Virus record (IMG/VR): IMGVR_UViG_3300037107_000081
Location: 1 to 64,000 of that record
DNA: 64,000 nt
Direction: 5' to 3' (one strand)
Source of the DNA: a virus
Part shown: positions 1 to 8,583 of the stretch, piece by piece
Position numbering within the stretch: the first letter of the stretch is position 1
Layout of the letters: each line of letters opens with the position of its first letter
Translations under genes and position numbers: made by a program
Notes under the pieces: model-generated
What the model was told of the DNA's origin: nothing
Databases searched by the model: none
Seen by the model: the letters and a program-made list of their open reading frames with translations, nothing else

Positions 1-1
1 T

Positions 2-451
2 AGCGGAATTCCAAACTTTATTATACAAACAATCTTAGATGATTTACAGATAGAGGCAAATATAGCTTTAAAGGAATTGCGCCCAGAGCTTGATGTGCAA
101 ATTGATGCTGATTTGAATTTTGAATATAGGCGTAATGGTGTTGTTAAGGATTATTCTCAACTATCTCATGGTCAACACGTTTATATTGCATTGGCTTTTA
201 AACGTGGCTTGGCTAATGTTATACAGAGAAGAATTGGTATTAAGATTAATTTCTTAATATTTGATGAGGTTGATGCACATCTTGATTCGGCCGGTGTAGA
301 TGCGTTTAGCGATTGTGTAAAGAAGTGGCAGAAAGATTATGTTATATTTGTCATTACACATAATAATGATTTGAAGGATAAGTTCTCTCACGCCATTCTT
401 GTTGAAGAAGGTGACGATGGGGCTGAGGCAAGGGTAGTGACGGCTTGGTGA
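2..451 (+). CDS. Rad50/SbcC (gp46-like) ABC-ATPase, C-terminal part; 5'-truncated by window edge
   Basis: Frame is open from base 2 (SGIPNFIIQTILDDLQ...). Signature LSHGQ, Walker B/D-loop FLIFDEVDAHLD, H-loop VITH. Confidence 0.88.
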   Translation, partial: SGIPNFIIQTILDDLQIEANIALKELRPELDVQIDADLNFEYRRNGVVKDYSQLSHGQHVYIALAFKRGLANVIQRRIGIKINFLIFDEVDAHLDSAGVDAFSDCVKKWQKDYVIFVITHNNDLKDKFSHAILVEEGDDGAEARVVTAW

Positions 452-460
452 TTTATTTTA

Positions 461-488
461 GTCGAGCACATCAGGGGTTTAGCAATAG
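461..488 (+). promoter_or_regulatory. candidate phage promoter, GTCGAG box (weak downstream box)
   Basis: Intergenic GTCGAG at 461-466; the same hexamer precedes the genes at 3441, 8558, 15069 and 61132. Confidence 0.3.
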
Positions 489-509
489 TATTATGAAAGG
501 AAGTTATTT

Positions 510-773
510 ATGAAAGTTACAATTCAAACCGAACCAAAAGACATACTAGAACCATCTGCTTATTTGGAAATGGAGCCTTTAGAGTTTAATTGCGCTATTG
601 GTAAAATGCAAGTTGATATAAAGCTACGGATGCCACCTAAAATGTGTAAAGATCATTATATGGAAACAGCTGTAGAAAATGTAAAAAATTTAACATCTCA
701 AGTAAGTGATGCTTTGATTGCAATATTATCAAGTCCAGATCTCTCTGAAACAATTATTCAAAGCATTAAATAA
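510..773 (+). CDS. hypothetical protein
   Basis: ORF with AAGGAAG RBS, in operon. Confidence 0.6.
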   Translation: MKVTIQTEPKDILEPSAYLEMEPLEFNCAIGKMQVDIKLRMPPKMCKDHYMETAVENVKNLTSQVSDALIAILSSPDLSETIIQSIK

Positions 774-776
774 TAT

Positions 777-1178
777 ATGTCTCCAAATAATAAATCAACT
801 AGACAAGTAACAAAGATCAAGAAATCTCAAGCTAAAGCAATTAATGAGATTACTCAGCACGTATATGGTGTTGCTAGTGAATCTGGTTTCCATGAAAATG
901 ATGAGGGTTTACTAGAAGGTGGCGGAAGGTTTGCTGAGCTCTGTGCGAATTTACATGGGGAAATCAGCGAATTATTCGAGGCCTACCGTAAAGGAAATCT
1001 ATTAAAACAATGTGATAAACCAATTAATTTGTCATGTGCTGCTGAAGAATTAGCTGATGTGTGTATAAGGGCTATGGACACTGCACAGACGCTTGGAATA
1101 GATTTAGGACAAGCAATTATTGTGAAAGATTCATATAACCAAACAAGACCTTATAAGCATGGGAATAAACTAGCCTAA
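777..1178 (+). CDS. MazG-like nucleotide pyrophosphohydrolase
   Basis: LHGEISELFEAYRK...AEELADVCIRAMD...YNQTRPYKHG matches the all-alpha NTP-PPase pattern. Confidence 0.8.
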   Translation: MSPNNKSTRQVTKIKKSQAKAINEITQHVYGVASESGFHENDEGLLEGGGRFAELCANLHGEISELFEAYRKGNLLKQCDKPINLSCAAEELADVCIRAMDTAQTLGIDLGQAIIVKDSYNQTRPYKHGNKLA

Positions 1179-1209
1179 TAAGAGCGTCAGGACTTTAGCT
1201 GAGGATAAA

Positions 1210-1872
1210 ATGAATAGAGAATTATATTGTATAGCTGGAATGAAGAAGCATGGCAAAGATACGTTGGCTAGATTTATTCAGGAAGCCAATCCAAAGTTTT
1301 ATATTACGCACTTTGCTGATAGGTTGAAGGAAATTGCTGGGAAAGTCTTTGGGCTAACTAACGAGCAATTCAACGACCAGGATCTTAAGGAGGTCTTGTT
1401 TGATACGCCTATTGTTATGGATTTGTCTTTGGATGCATTGAGAATTGAAACTGGACTAGATTTGCAAAAACAAGATAAGGTAGCAAATAATCCAAGAGAA
1501 ATTTTACAATATTTTGGTACGGAATATACGCGCAAAGTACAGGATGATTATTGGGTTCAATGTGTGTTGGATGATGTAAAGGATCGTAATAATGTTTTGA
1601 TTCCTGATACAAGATTCCCAAATGAGGCAAAGGCTATTCGTTCAGTTGGTGGTTTAGTAATTAAGGTTGTTCGGGTTGATATGCCAGTTTCTACTGATGG
1701 GCATGCTTCTGAGACTCAGGTGGCAGCAATTGAACCAGATCTATTAATCGGGGCTACTACAGGGGATTTTGATACTTTAAAGAAAATTGCTGGATATATT
1801 GCCAAAAATGACTTTAATACCGCCTTACAATTTGATTATAGGCGTGATGGATTAATAATGAGCAAATACTGA
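1210..1872 (+). CDS. deoxynucleoside monophosphate kinase (T4 gp1-like)
   Basis: P-loop GMKKHGKDT, FADRLK, PREILQYFGTE, DTRFPNE, HASE. Confidence 0.88.
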   Translation: MNRELYCIAGMKKHGKDTLARFIQEANPKFYITHFADRLKEIAGKVFGLTNEQFNDQDLKEVLFDTPIVMDLSLDALRIETGLDLQKQDKVANNPREILQYFGTEYTRKVQDDYWVQCVLDDVKDRNNVLIPDTRFPNEAKAIRSVGGLVIKVVRVDMPVSTDGHASETQVAAIEPDLLIGATTGDFDTLKKIAGYIAKNDFNTALQFDYRRDGLIMSKY

Positions 1873-1895
1873 TATACCATTAATAATGCATGTAA

Positions 1896-2207
1896 TTGAT
1901 GCCTGCAAAAGTTACAAAGCGTGTTCAAACGGAATATGAAGGCCTCCTTAAGCAGGTTGGTGAAAATAGTTTTTTTAATCATGTGCTAGAGAATGCCGCT
2001 GCTGCTCGTAAACATTTTGAATATCCTGAATGTGTTTTACTCGATCAATCAGATTCATTTTTTTCATTATATAGAACAACTGGAAATGAAAATTACTTCA
2101 TAATTGGAAGGGTATTGAGACGGGTTGCACACAAAATATATAATGATAACAAGAAGAAAGGCCAGGTATCATTTAATAATAAATTTCTACAATTAATTAA
2201 AGCATGA
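1896..2207 (+). CDS. hypothetical protein
   Basis: ORF in operon; the real start may be the ATG at 1899. Confidence 0.6.
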   Translation: MMPAKVTKRVQTEYEGLLKQVGENSFFNHVLENAAAARKHFEYPECVLLDQSDSFFSLYRTTGNENYFIIGRVLRRVAHKIYNDNKKKGQVSFNNKFLQLIKA

Positions 2208-2224
2208 TTATTATTTGAGATTAT

Positions 2225-3274
2225 ATGGCCGTATTAACAATAAGCATAACCAATTCTCCGCTTGAATATGTTGCGGGCATTCCATCAAATATTACCCTGA
2301 GCACTAATATTCCTGCCACAATTTTTTATTCATTGGATGGCAGTACTCCTGATATTAATAGTCAGGTAGCGATTGGTTTTATAGAATTACCGACCGATGT
2401 AGATTATGTTGAATTAAAGGTTTTTGCTACAAACGGATCCGACAGTTCACCTATAATTACACAAGAATACAAGACTAATATTGTCGGATCAAGAAGACCA
2501 AGAAGTACTATTAAGAACCGTCATGGTTATAGTGGGGCTACGTTTCCATTTGGATCTCAGGTTGGTAATCTTGCTGAATTGGCTGAATATGGAAATACTG
2601 GTGGGGTAATAGTTGATGAGCAAGATAATCCTCATAGACACCCTGATGGATATACAGTCCAACAAACACCTGATATTAATGGAAATTATGCTCCTGGTGG
2701 TGGTGCTGGGTATTTTGTTCATTCTAAGTCTAAATATGAAAACTTATTCTCTGAGACGGATAGTATTGGGCAGACTGGACGAGGTGTTGGTACTATGCCA
2801 GGCCGAGTACTATGGGTAAAGCCGCGTAATGATAATACTCAAGTAGAAAGTACCAATGCTTCTGATCCGCATGTAGGCAAGGGTGGTAAGTGGCCAACAA
2901 TGCCTTTGTTTAATCCTCGTGCTTTGGTTATTTTCCAAGATTCCAGTGATGAGCCTGAATTTTCTACTCCATTAATCAACAGATCTCATTTCGATTTAGA
3001 GGATCAGACTAAAAGTAGAGACGGATCAATGCTTACTATTAATGATGCAATTACGACATCGGGTTCATTTGTCCGAGCTCATTATAACCCTACTCACAAC
3101 ACGATGACTTATTATTATTATGACAATAGGGTGGGGCGTTGGATTATATCGAAGGAGCCATATAACAGTTCACAAAACCCTACATCTAATTTATCTAATA
3201 TGGTAACAGCTAGGGGTGATGGTATGGGTAAGGTATTTAAGTGGATTCCGTTTAAATATAGGTCATTAGTATAG
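2225..3274 (+). CDS. protein with N-terminal chitobiase/FN3-associated (CHB_HEX_C-like) domain, possibly virion-associated
   Basis: ITLSTNIPATIFYSLDGSTPD...LKVFA...S motif typical of FN3-associated domains. Confidence 0.6.
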   Translation: MAVLTISITNSPLEYVAGIPSNITLSTNIPATIFYSLDGSTPDINSQVAIGFIELPTDVDYVELKVFATNGSDSSPIITQEYKTNIVGSRRPRSTIKNRHGYSGATFPFGSQVGNLAELAEYGNTGGVIVDEQDNPHRHPDGYTVQQTPDINGNYAPGGGAGYFVHSKSKYENLFSETDSIGQTGRGVGTMPGRVLWVKPRNDNTQVESTNASDPHVGKGGKWPTMPLFNPRALVIFQDSSDEPEFSTPLINRSHFDLEDQTKSRDGSMLTINDAITTSGSFVRAHYNPTHNTMTYYYYDNRVGRWIISKEPYNSSQNPTSNLSNMVTARGDGMGKVFKWIPFKYRSLV

Positions 3275-3285
3275 TTTGATGATTA

Positions 3286-3318
3286 TACATTGATTGTTTA
3301 TTAATATTTTTACCAGAA
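3286..3318 (-). repeat. bipartite dispersed motif, copy 1
   Basis: Reverse complement reads ttctggtaaaaatattaataaacaatcaatgta; CTGG-to-TGTA offset 27 nt. Confidence 0.85.
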
Positions 3319-3357
3319 AGTAGGTTTTTATATTTGCCGGTTTAAACAAATAAATAT

Positions 3358-3390
3358 CTCTGGTAAAAATAAAGGCTAATAAATAATGTA
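3358..3390 (+). repeat. bipartite dispersed motif, copy 2
   Basis: ctctggtaaaaataaaggctaataaataatgta; offset 27; back-to-back with copy 1. Confidence 0.85.
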
Positions 3391-3408
3391 TCATAAAGTT
3401 ATTTTTGT

Positions 3409-3436
3409 GTCGAGGGCTGGTAAAATTTAAGTTATA
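3409..3436 (+). promoter_or_regulatory. candidate promoter GTCGAG-N16-GTTATA
   Basis: Same spacing as GTCGAG-N16-GATATA at 61056; ends 4 nt before an ATG that has no RBS. Confidence 0.4.
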
Positions 3437-3440
3437 AGCA

Positions 3441-4307
3441 ATGCAAATTAAAATAAAGATCTTCTCATTAAGGGAAGATGCTGAGTCTTATTTAAATAGT
3501 CTAAATCATTGTAAAGGGCAAATTAAATTATCAGTAAGCAAGGCCAAGACATTTGATGATTGTGCGGCTAAATATAAGTTTTGTTATATAGATAAGTTGC
3601 CAAGGATTGATAGGGATTTTCATATATTCGGGAAGTATCTACATTTGGTTCTTGAGACTTTTCATCGTTATTTATTAGAAAATCCAGGAAGCGAATGGCG
3701 AGCTAAAATTGAGGAAGCTTGGACTTTTGCTTATAATGAGTACAGCGAGTTGATGACTGGCTTTCAATATAAGGAGGCCAAGGAAATAATCGATGAGTAT
3801 AAGGCAATTATTGTAAAAGATGGATTGCCTAATATAATTGAGGTTGAAGCGCCATTCTATATAGTAATTAATGACAAAGTATTATTGAATGGATTTATTG
3901 ATCGGATCCAAAGAGATCCTGATGGAATGATTCACGTAATAGATTATAAGACAACAAAAGATCCAAAATATCTTAAAGACTTTTTCCAGCTGATAACATA
4001 TTGCTATGCTTTATGTTTGGAAGATGAAAGCATTGAAAGAATCAGAGGATCATTTGTTTTGCTCAGACATAACTTTGATTATATTACACATGAATTTACT
4101 AGAGAAGAGGTAATAAAAGTAGCCGAGAAGTTCCTGCGGTATGCTTTTAATATCGAAGAAGAGAAATTGTGGAGACCTAATCCTCAGTTTCTTTGTAAAT
4201 ACTGTGATTATTTGGATCATTGTAAAGCTGGAAAAGATTATTTGACTGCTAAAGGTCTTCTTAAGAAAGTAAAGAGCAAACCTGTTGTAGGTATAAGGAA
4301 ATGGTAA
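3441..4307 (+). CDS. PD-(D/E)XK nuclease, Cas4/RecB-AddB-like, with probable Fe-S cysteines
   Basis: LSVSK...C, FGKYLH, EVE, GFIDRI, VIDYKT, QL..Y, and C-terminal CKYC...C. Confidence 0.88.
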   Translation: MQIKIKIFSLREDAESYLNSLNHCKGQIKLSVSKAKTFDDCAAKYKFCYIDKLPRIDRDFHIFGKYLHLVLETFHRYLLENPGSEWRAKIEEAWTFAYNEYSELMTGFQYKEAKEIIDEYKAIIVKDGLPNIIEVEAPFYIVINDKVLLNGFIDRIQRDPDGMIHVIDYKTTKDPKYLKDFFQLITYCYALCLEDESIERIRGSFVLLRHNFDYITHEFTREEVIKVAEKFLRYAFNIEEEKLWRPNPQFLCKYCDYLDHCKAGKDYLTAKGLLKKVKSKPVVGIRKW

Positions 4308-5809
4308 ATATGGAAGAAGCAACTATTAATACTAATGAAATTCACACACCAGATCATAATACGTATGATTTAGCTTTGCCAGGAGAATTATCTCAAAGAC
4401 AAATTGATGAGATTCATAAGCGCTCTCAAATTACTTATTCAGAGGCTTTGGTACGTATTACTGGCAATCTTCCTGTTGAAATAAATGATGGGAGCGGCTG
4501 GAGTCTAAGCAGCGATTTTGAGAAGAAACCATATAGAAAATATCGTGTAGGTCCATCAGCCGATACTAAATACCCAATAGTAAATATTCTAGAAGAGCCT
4601 GAATATTGCAAGATCAAGGTACATTACGAGGCCGATCCTGATGTGGTTGTTGGTAAGGTTGATGGGGCTGTAGAACTTTGTCGAAAACTTCAGGTGCCAG
4701 GATTCAGGAAAGGAAAAGCACCTGATCATATTATTAAGGTAAGACTTCGTTCTCAAATTAATCAGTATGTTGTTCGTGAAATGGCAACTCAAGCAATAGA
4801 TGATATTGTCTTTGATCAGAATATCAAGGTAATTGGTCAGCCTAATTTCAGTAACTTTGTAATTGAGAAGAATAAGTTTTCATGTGATGTTGATCTGTCT
4901 AAGAAACCAGAATTTACATTAAGTGATATTAAGTTTGATGTTAATAAGACAAAACATGATCTGACTGATGATATTCTTGTTGAGAAATCTTTGCTTGATT
5001 TGCAACTTCGTCTTGGTGAAACAGAGCCATATGAAGAGAATGATGTTGTAGAAATTGGAGATCAAGTAACATTTTCTTTCACAGCTACAATTGACGGAGA
5101 ATCATTTGACGGAAGTGTAGCTGAAGGAGAAATGTATCAAATCGGATCAGATCGTTGGGTTGGATTTGATAATAATCTATTGGGAATGAAGGCAGATGAA
5201 ACTAAGGAGTTTGAATTTAAGTTCGATAGTGGGTCTGAATCTATTCTAGGTAAGACAGCTAAATTTTCTGTGACTGTTCATATGGGAGTAAAGAAGAAGC
5301 CGCACGAGATTGATGAAGAGTTCTTTAAGCAATTGGGAGTTCAAAATCTTGAGGAGCTTAATGGTAAATTGCTTAGTATATCCAAGGCTTCAATAACACG
5401 AACTGAGCAAAATGATATTAGATCTCAGGTTGCAGAGAAGCTTATTGAGAATAATAAGTTTGAGATACCGAAATTCCTTATCGAACAAGAAGCTAAGTAT
5501 ATCGCTGCTCAGTCTGGTGTTGATTTTGATAAGATTGAGGTCGAGGACGAGAAAAAGAAGTACATAGAGCAAGCAGAGAGAAATTCTCGTTTGTCATTGG
5601 TATTGGATTCTGTTCGTGAGAGCGAGCCTGATTCTGTACTAAATGATGTTGAGGCACATAATTATCTTGAGCAGCATGTTAGAGCTACTGGAAGAGATCC
5701 GAAAGAAATTCTAAAGAACCAGGCTCAAACCATGATGTTGCTTAGTTCGATTAAGGATGAATTTACGCTACAATGGGTCGCTGATAAAGCAAATATTATA
5801 GAAAGTTAA
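4301..5809 (+). CDS. tig: trigger factor (ribosome-associated chaperone/PPIase) with an N-terminal extension
   Basis: Ribosome-binding signature VPGFRKGKAP; FKBP domain GDQVTFSFTATIDGESFDG...GFDNNLLGMKADETKEF; C-terminal LIENNKFEIPKFLIEQE. Confidence 0.9.
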   Translation: MVNMEEATINTNEIHTPDHNTYDLALPGELSQRQIDEIHKRSQITYSEALVRITGNLPVEINDGSGWSLSSDFEKKPYRKYRVGPSADTKYPIVNILEEPEYCKIKVHYEADPDVVVGKVDGAVELCRKLQVPGFRKGKAPDHIIKVRLRSQINQYVVREMATQAIDDIVFDQNIKVIGQPNFSNFVIEKNKFSCDVDLSKKPEFTLSDIKFDVNKTKHDLTDDILVEKSLLDLQLRLGETEPYEENDVVEIGDQVTFSFTATIDGESFDGSVAEGEMYQIGSDRWVGFDNNLLGMKADETKEFEFKFDSGSESILGKTAKFSVTVHMGVKKKPHEIDEEFFKQLGVQNLEELNGKLLSISKASITRTEQNDIRSQVAEKLIENNKFEIPKFLIEQEAKYIAAQSGVDFDKIEVEDEKKKYIEQAERNSRLSLVLDSVRESEPDSVLNDVEAHNYLEQHVRATGRDPKEILKNQAQTMMLLSSIKDEFTLQWVADKANIIES

Positions 5810-5820
5810 GGAGAAATATA

Positions 5821-6150
5821 ATGGCAAAACCGAAGAAGAATAAGAAGGTTAGTACAGCTCCGGATGGGTTTCCAGAGAAGACTTGGAATAAATTGGGTGA
5901 TGATTGGAGAACCGCAGCACAATCAAAGCAAACTGATGAGCTTGAAAGGGATATAATTAAGGCTGTTAGAAATATATCCAATACAGCTTTTGATATGAAG
6001 AATGATGATAAGCTTAAGGCGGCACAAGACTTAGCAAAGGAGCTTAAGTCTTATTATACTGGTGAAATTGATCTTGAGAAGGCTAAGGTTGATTTTTGTG
6101 TATATCTATTCAATTCTCGTGGTGGGCCTGTTACTAAGGATAATGATTAA
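5821..6150 (+). CDS. hypothetical protein
   Basis: Strong AAGGAG RBS. Confidence 0.7.
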   Translation: MAKPKKNKKVSTAPDGFPEKTWNKLGDDWRTAAQSKQTDELERDIIKAVRNISNTAFDMKNDDKLKAAQDLAKELKSYYTGEIDLEKAKVDFCVYLFNSRGGPVTKDND

Positions 6151-6377
6151 TGAAAACGGCAGTATATAATAAGCTAAAGAAATTGTTTGCGGCAGGTCAT
6201 TCATCTAAACAAGAGGCTAAGGAAGCGGGTAAACTTAGGAAGAAGGCCGGTCGAAAAGAAAATGAACGAAGAACTGCAGCCCAAGAAAAAGATTCAGAGT
6301 TTTATAGATTAAAGCTTGAGTCTGCTCTTAATGACCTTATGGTAAAAAAGGATACAAATGAAACTATCAACATTTAA
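6150..6377 (+). CDS. small basic hypothetical protein
   Basis: TAATG overlap with the upstream stop. Confidence 0.6.
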   Translation: MKTAVYNKLKKLFAAGHSSKQEAKEAGKLRKKAGRKENERRTAAQEKDSEFYRLKLESALNDLMVKKDTNETINI

Positions 6378-6576
6378 AAGACTTACTGAAGCTGGGTATT
6401 CAAACCGCCGCACTAAGCGAATGACCGCGGCAATAAATAAGAAGTCTGAGCGTAAGGAAATAAAGAGAAAGATGATAGCCGAACATCATGCAAAGTTGTT
6501 GGCTGGTGTTAAACAAGGCTATGAAAAATTGGTATATAAAGGTCGTTCTGTTGGTCATACAACTGGCGTAATCTAG
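6358..6576 (+). CDS. small basic hypothetical protein
   Basis: AAGGA RBS, overlaps the upstream gene. Confidence 0.6.
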   Translation: MKLSTFKRLTEAGYSNRRTKRMTAAINKKSERKEIKRKMIAEHHAKLLAGVKQGYEKLVYKGRSVGHTTGVI

Positions 6577-6577
6577 A

Positions 6578-6742
6578 ATGAAAACGGAAATATATAGCGA
6601 AAGTCCTGGGTTATTATTATCACAGTTAGCCCGCGTAATATCACTATCAGCAGGCGGCGACACTAAATATATGTTCGATAAAACAATTAAAGAATATAAA
6701 CTTCTAAACAAGAACAAACAGATCTTTCTAAATTACTTTTAG
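6578..6742 (+). CDS. small hypothetical protein (54 aa, below ORF-track cutoff)
   Basis: MKTEIYSESPGLLLSQLARV...; ATG 1 nt after the upstream stop. Confidence 0.45.
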   Translation: MKTEIYSESPGLLLSQLARVISLSAGGDTKYMFDKTIKEYKLLNKNKQIFLNYF

Positions 6743-6810
6743 ATAGATTTGGATTATCGATTACTAGTTAAGACAAAGAAATCTATTAGGAATAACGAAA
6801 GAAAAAGATA

Positions 6811-7506
6811 ATGAATACTTTAAAATACGAAGATGGTTTGCATACCTCCAACCCTGATATGGAAGGTATGTTCGAAAATATAGACAGAATAAATAAAAAA
6901 ATCCAAGAGAATAAATATAAAAGAAGCAATATTCATTGGGATATTATAGATACGACTAATAGACCACATGTTGTTGAAATTGTAGGTTTTGATGCTGTAT
7001 TAAATATTAATGCACATCCTGTTGACTGTTTGTTCACTAACCCTACTATTGATCCGCCTGTTATGTCTGGAAGCATAATTAAACCTGATTATAAATTTGG
7101 AAAATCTTATTCTGTACTTGGTAATTATAAAAGTTGTGCCACAAGCCTCAAAATTTTAGGGATAAAGATACCTCCTGAGCTTCCGTCTTTTTGTCCACCT
7201 TTTAATTTGGGAGATGAAACCTTAAAGGGACCATTTGATCAGATTCCACACCGTGAGCTTTTCGAAAAATTGGTAGATATATACTGGACTAAAAATACTT
7301 GTGACATCAAAGAATATGTACAGCTTATACGTGAAAGACTCGTGCATATGTTTTTGTTGGTATATTACGCTAGATGGAGTTGTAAGGAAAGAAATGGGCA
7401 AAATTTCATTGGGCCAATAGGTATTAGTTCAGTCCCAGGAGTAGATAGCATGAAAATAATCAATTCTAAAGAGGCCTCAGCTTTTCTTAAACAAATAAGG
7501 CATTGA
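6811..7506 (+). CDS. hypothetical protein
   Basis: 231-aa ORF. Confidence 0.6.
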   Translation: MNTLKYEDGLHTSNPDMEGMFENIDRINKKIQENKYKRSNIHWDIIDTTNRPHVVEIVGFDAVLNINAHPVDCLFTNPTIDPPVMSGSIIKPDYKFGKSYSVLGNYKSCATSLKILGIKIPPELPSFCPPFNLGDETLKGPFDQIPHRELFEKLVDIYWTKNTCDIKEYVQLIRERLVHMFLLVYYARWSCKERNGQNFIGPIGISSVPGVDSMKIINSKEASAFLKQIRH

Positions 7507-7797
7507 ATGAAGCGAACATTAGTCAAAGCTTGTTGTGGTGGCCGTGGGTATATTTTTGAGCTTGATGCCCCCCTTGCACGTTCTTGTTTAGCTACTTTTA
7601 AACAGGAAGGTTACATTACTTCAGATGTTTATTCTAGAGTTGGTGTATTTCACATAGAAAAGAATGGACTAACCGCATCAGCTCCTTTTGGAGGCACTAA
7701 GGTCCAGGTTAGATGTGGTGGTTCCAGTAATTGCCATATTTTATTAGATAATTTGGAGAATACCTTTAAAATGCTGGTTGATATTCCTGCAGGTTAA
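7507..7797 (+). CDS. hypothetical Cys-containing protein
   Basis: Abuts the upstream stop; KACCGG...C..C. Confidence 0.6.
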   Translation: MKRTLVKACCGGRGYIFELDAPLARSCLATFKQEGYITSDVYSRVGVFHIEKNGLTASAPFGGTKVQVRCGGSSNCHILLDNLENTFKMLVDIPAG

Positions 7798-7987
7798 TAT
7801 GGAAAACAAATCCGAATATACTAAAACATTAATAGAGAGACTTGATAATAAACTTGCCGAAATCCAAAACGCCGGTAGGTATGATTTAATAGAACGTCTA
7901 ATCAATTCTGTCTTTAATGAGATTAGATTCTGGGACACTGAAAGCAAGATTAACCAACCATTTTCAAGCCTCCCACAAAATAAATAA
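7778..7987 (+). CDS. hypothetical protein
   Basis: ORF; ATG at 7799 is the more likely start. Confidence 0.5.
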   Translation: MIFLQVNMENKSEYTKTLIERLDNKLAEIQNAGRYDLIERLINSVFNEIRFWDTESKINQPFSSLPQNK

Positions 7988-7990
7988 ACT

Positions 7991-8023
7991 CTCTGGTAAA
8001 ATAATAAAAAACCAATAAATGTA
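7991..8023 (+). repeat. bipartite dispersed motif, copy 3
   Basis: ctctggtaaaataataaaaaaccaataaatgta; offset 27. Confidence 0.85.
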
Positions 8024-8213
8024 TATGTCTAAAACGGAAATTGTTATTTTGATGTTGTCTTATGGAATGCAAGAGGCAGAAGTTGGGGAATGGATAGGCG
8101 GCAAAGAAGAAGATATAAAGTTTGTTTGGGATGAAATACAGAGAATACGCAATTTAGCTCCAAAATCAAAGCAAGGTATTTTAATGATACCAGATGTAAC
8201 TTATGAAAATTAA
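8019..8213 (+). CDS. hypothetical protein
   Basis: 64-aa ORF. Confidence 0.5.
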   Translation: MYMSKTEIVILMLSYGMQEAEVGEWIGGKEEDIKFVWDEIQRIRNLAPKSKQGILMIPDVTYEN

Positions 8214-8583
8214 ATTCTATATAAGCAGATTACTAGGAGATCTACAAACCCTAGAACCAGAGAGCCTTAGTAATATTGTTCGCTATGTCAGAAATCATAT
8301 CACATTTACAACAATAACCCTACTAACCCGTAATACCAAATCAGCAGCAAATTATATCCTTGATCAATGTCTAGATTTATTTGATGAAAAAGATCCTGTG
8401 TCAGATATTCAGCTGGCAGGCCTAATGGTTGTTGTAGCTGATGTATATGGTGACAAGTATTCAGATCTGGTGTCGAGAACCTCTAGCGCAACAGGTAATT
8501 ACTACTGGGCCTCAGCAATGGCTACCAGTTTAATTATCAATAAAGAGGTTCTAGAAAATGAGGAATTACGTATCACTGCATAA
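8203..8583 (+). CDS. hypothetical protein
   Basis: Overlaps both neighbours. Confidence 0.55.
   Translation: MKIKFYISRLLGDLQTLEPESLSNIVRYVRNHITFTTITLLTRNTKSAANYILDQCLDLFDEKDPVSDIQLAGLMVVVADVYGDKYSDLVSRTSSATGNYYWASAMATSLIINKEVLENEELRITA

Noticed and set aside
3441-4307. Cas4-like nuclease as evidence of a CRISPR-Cas system
   Set aside because: No repeat-spacer array or other cas genes in the window; solo Cas4-like nucleases are common in phage replication modules.
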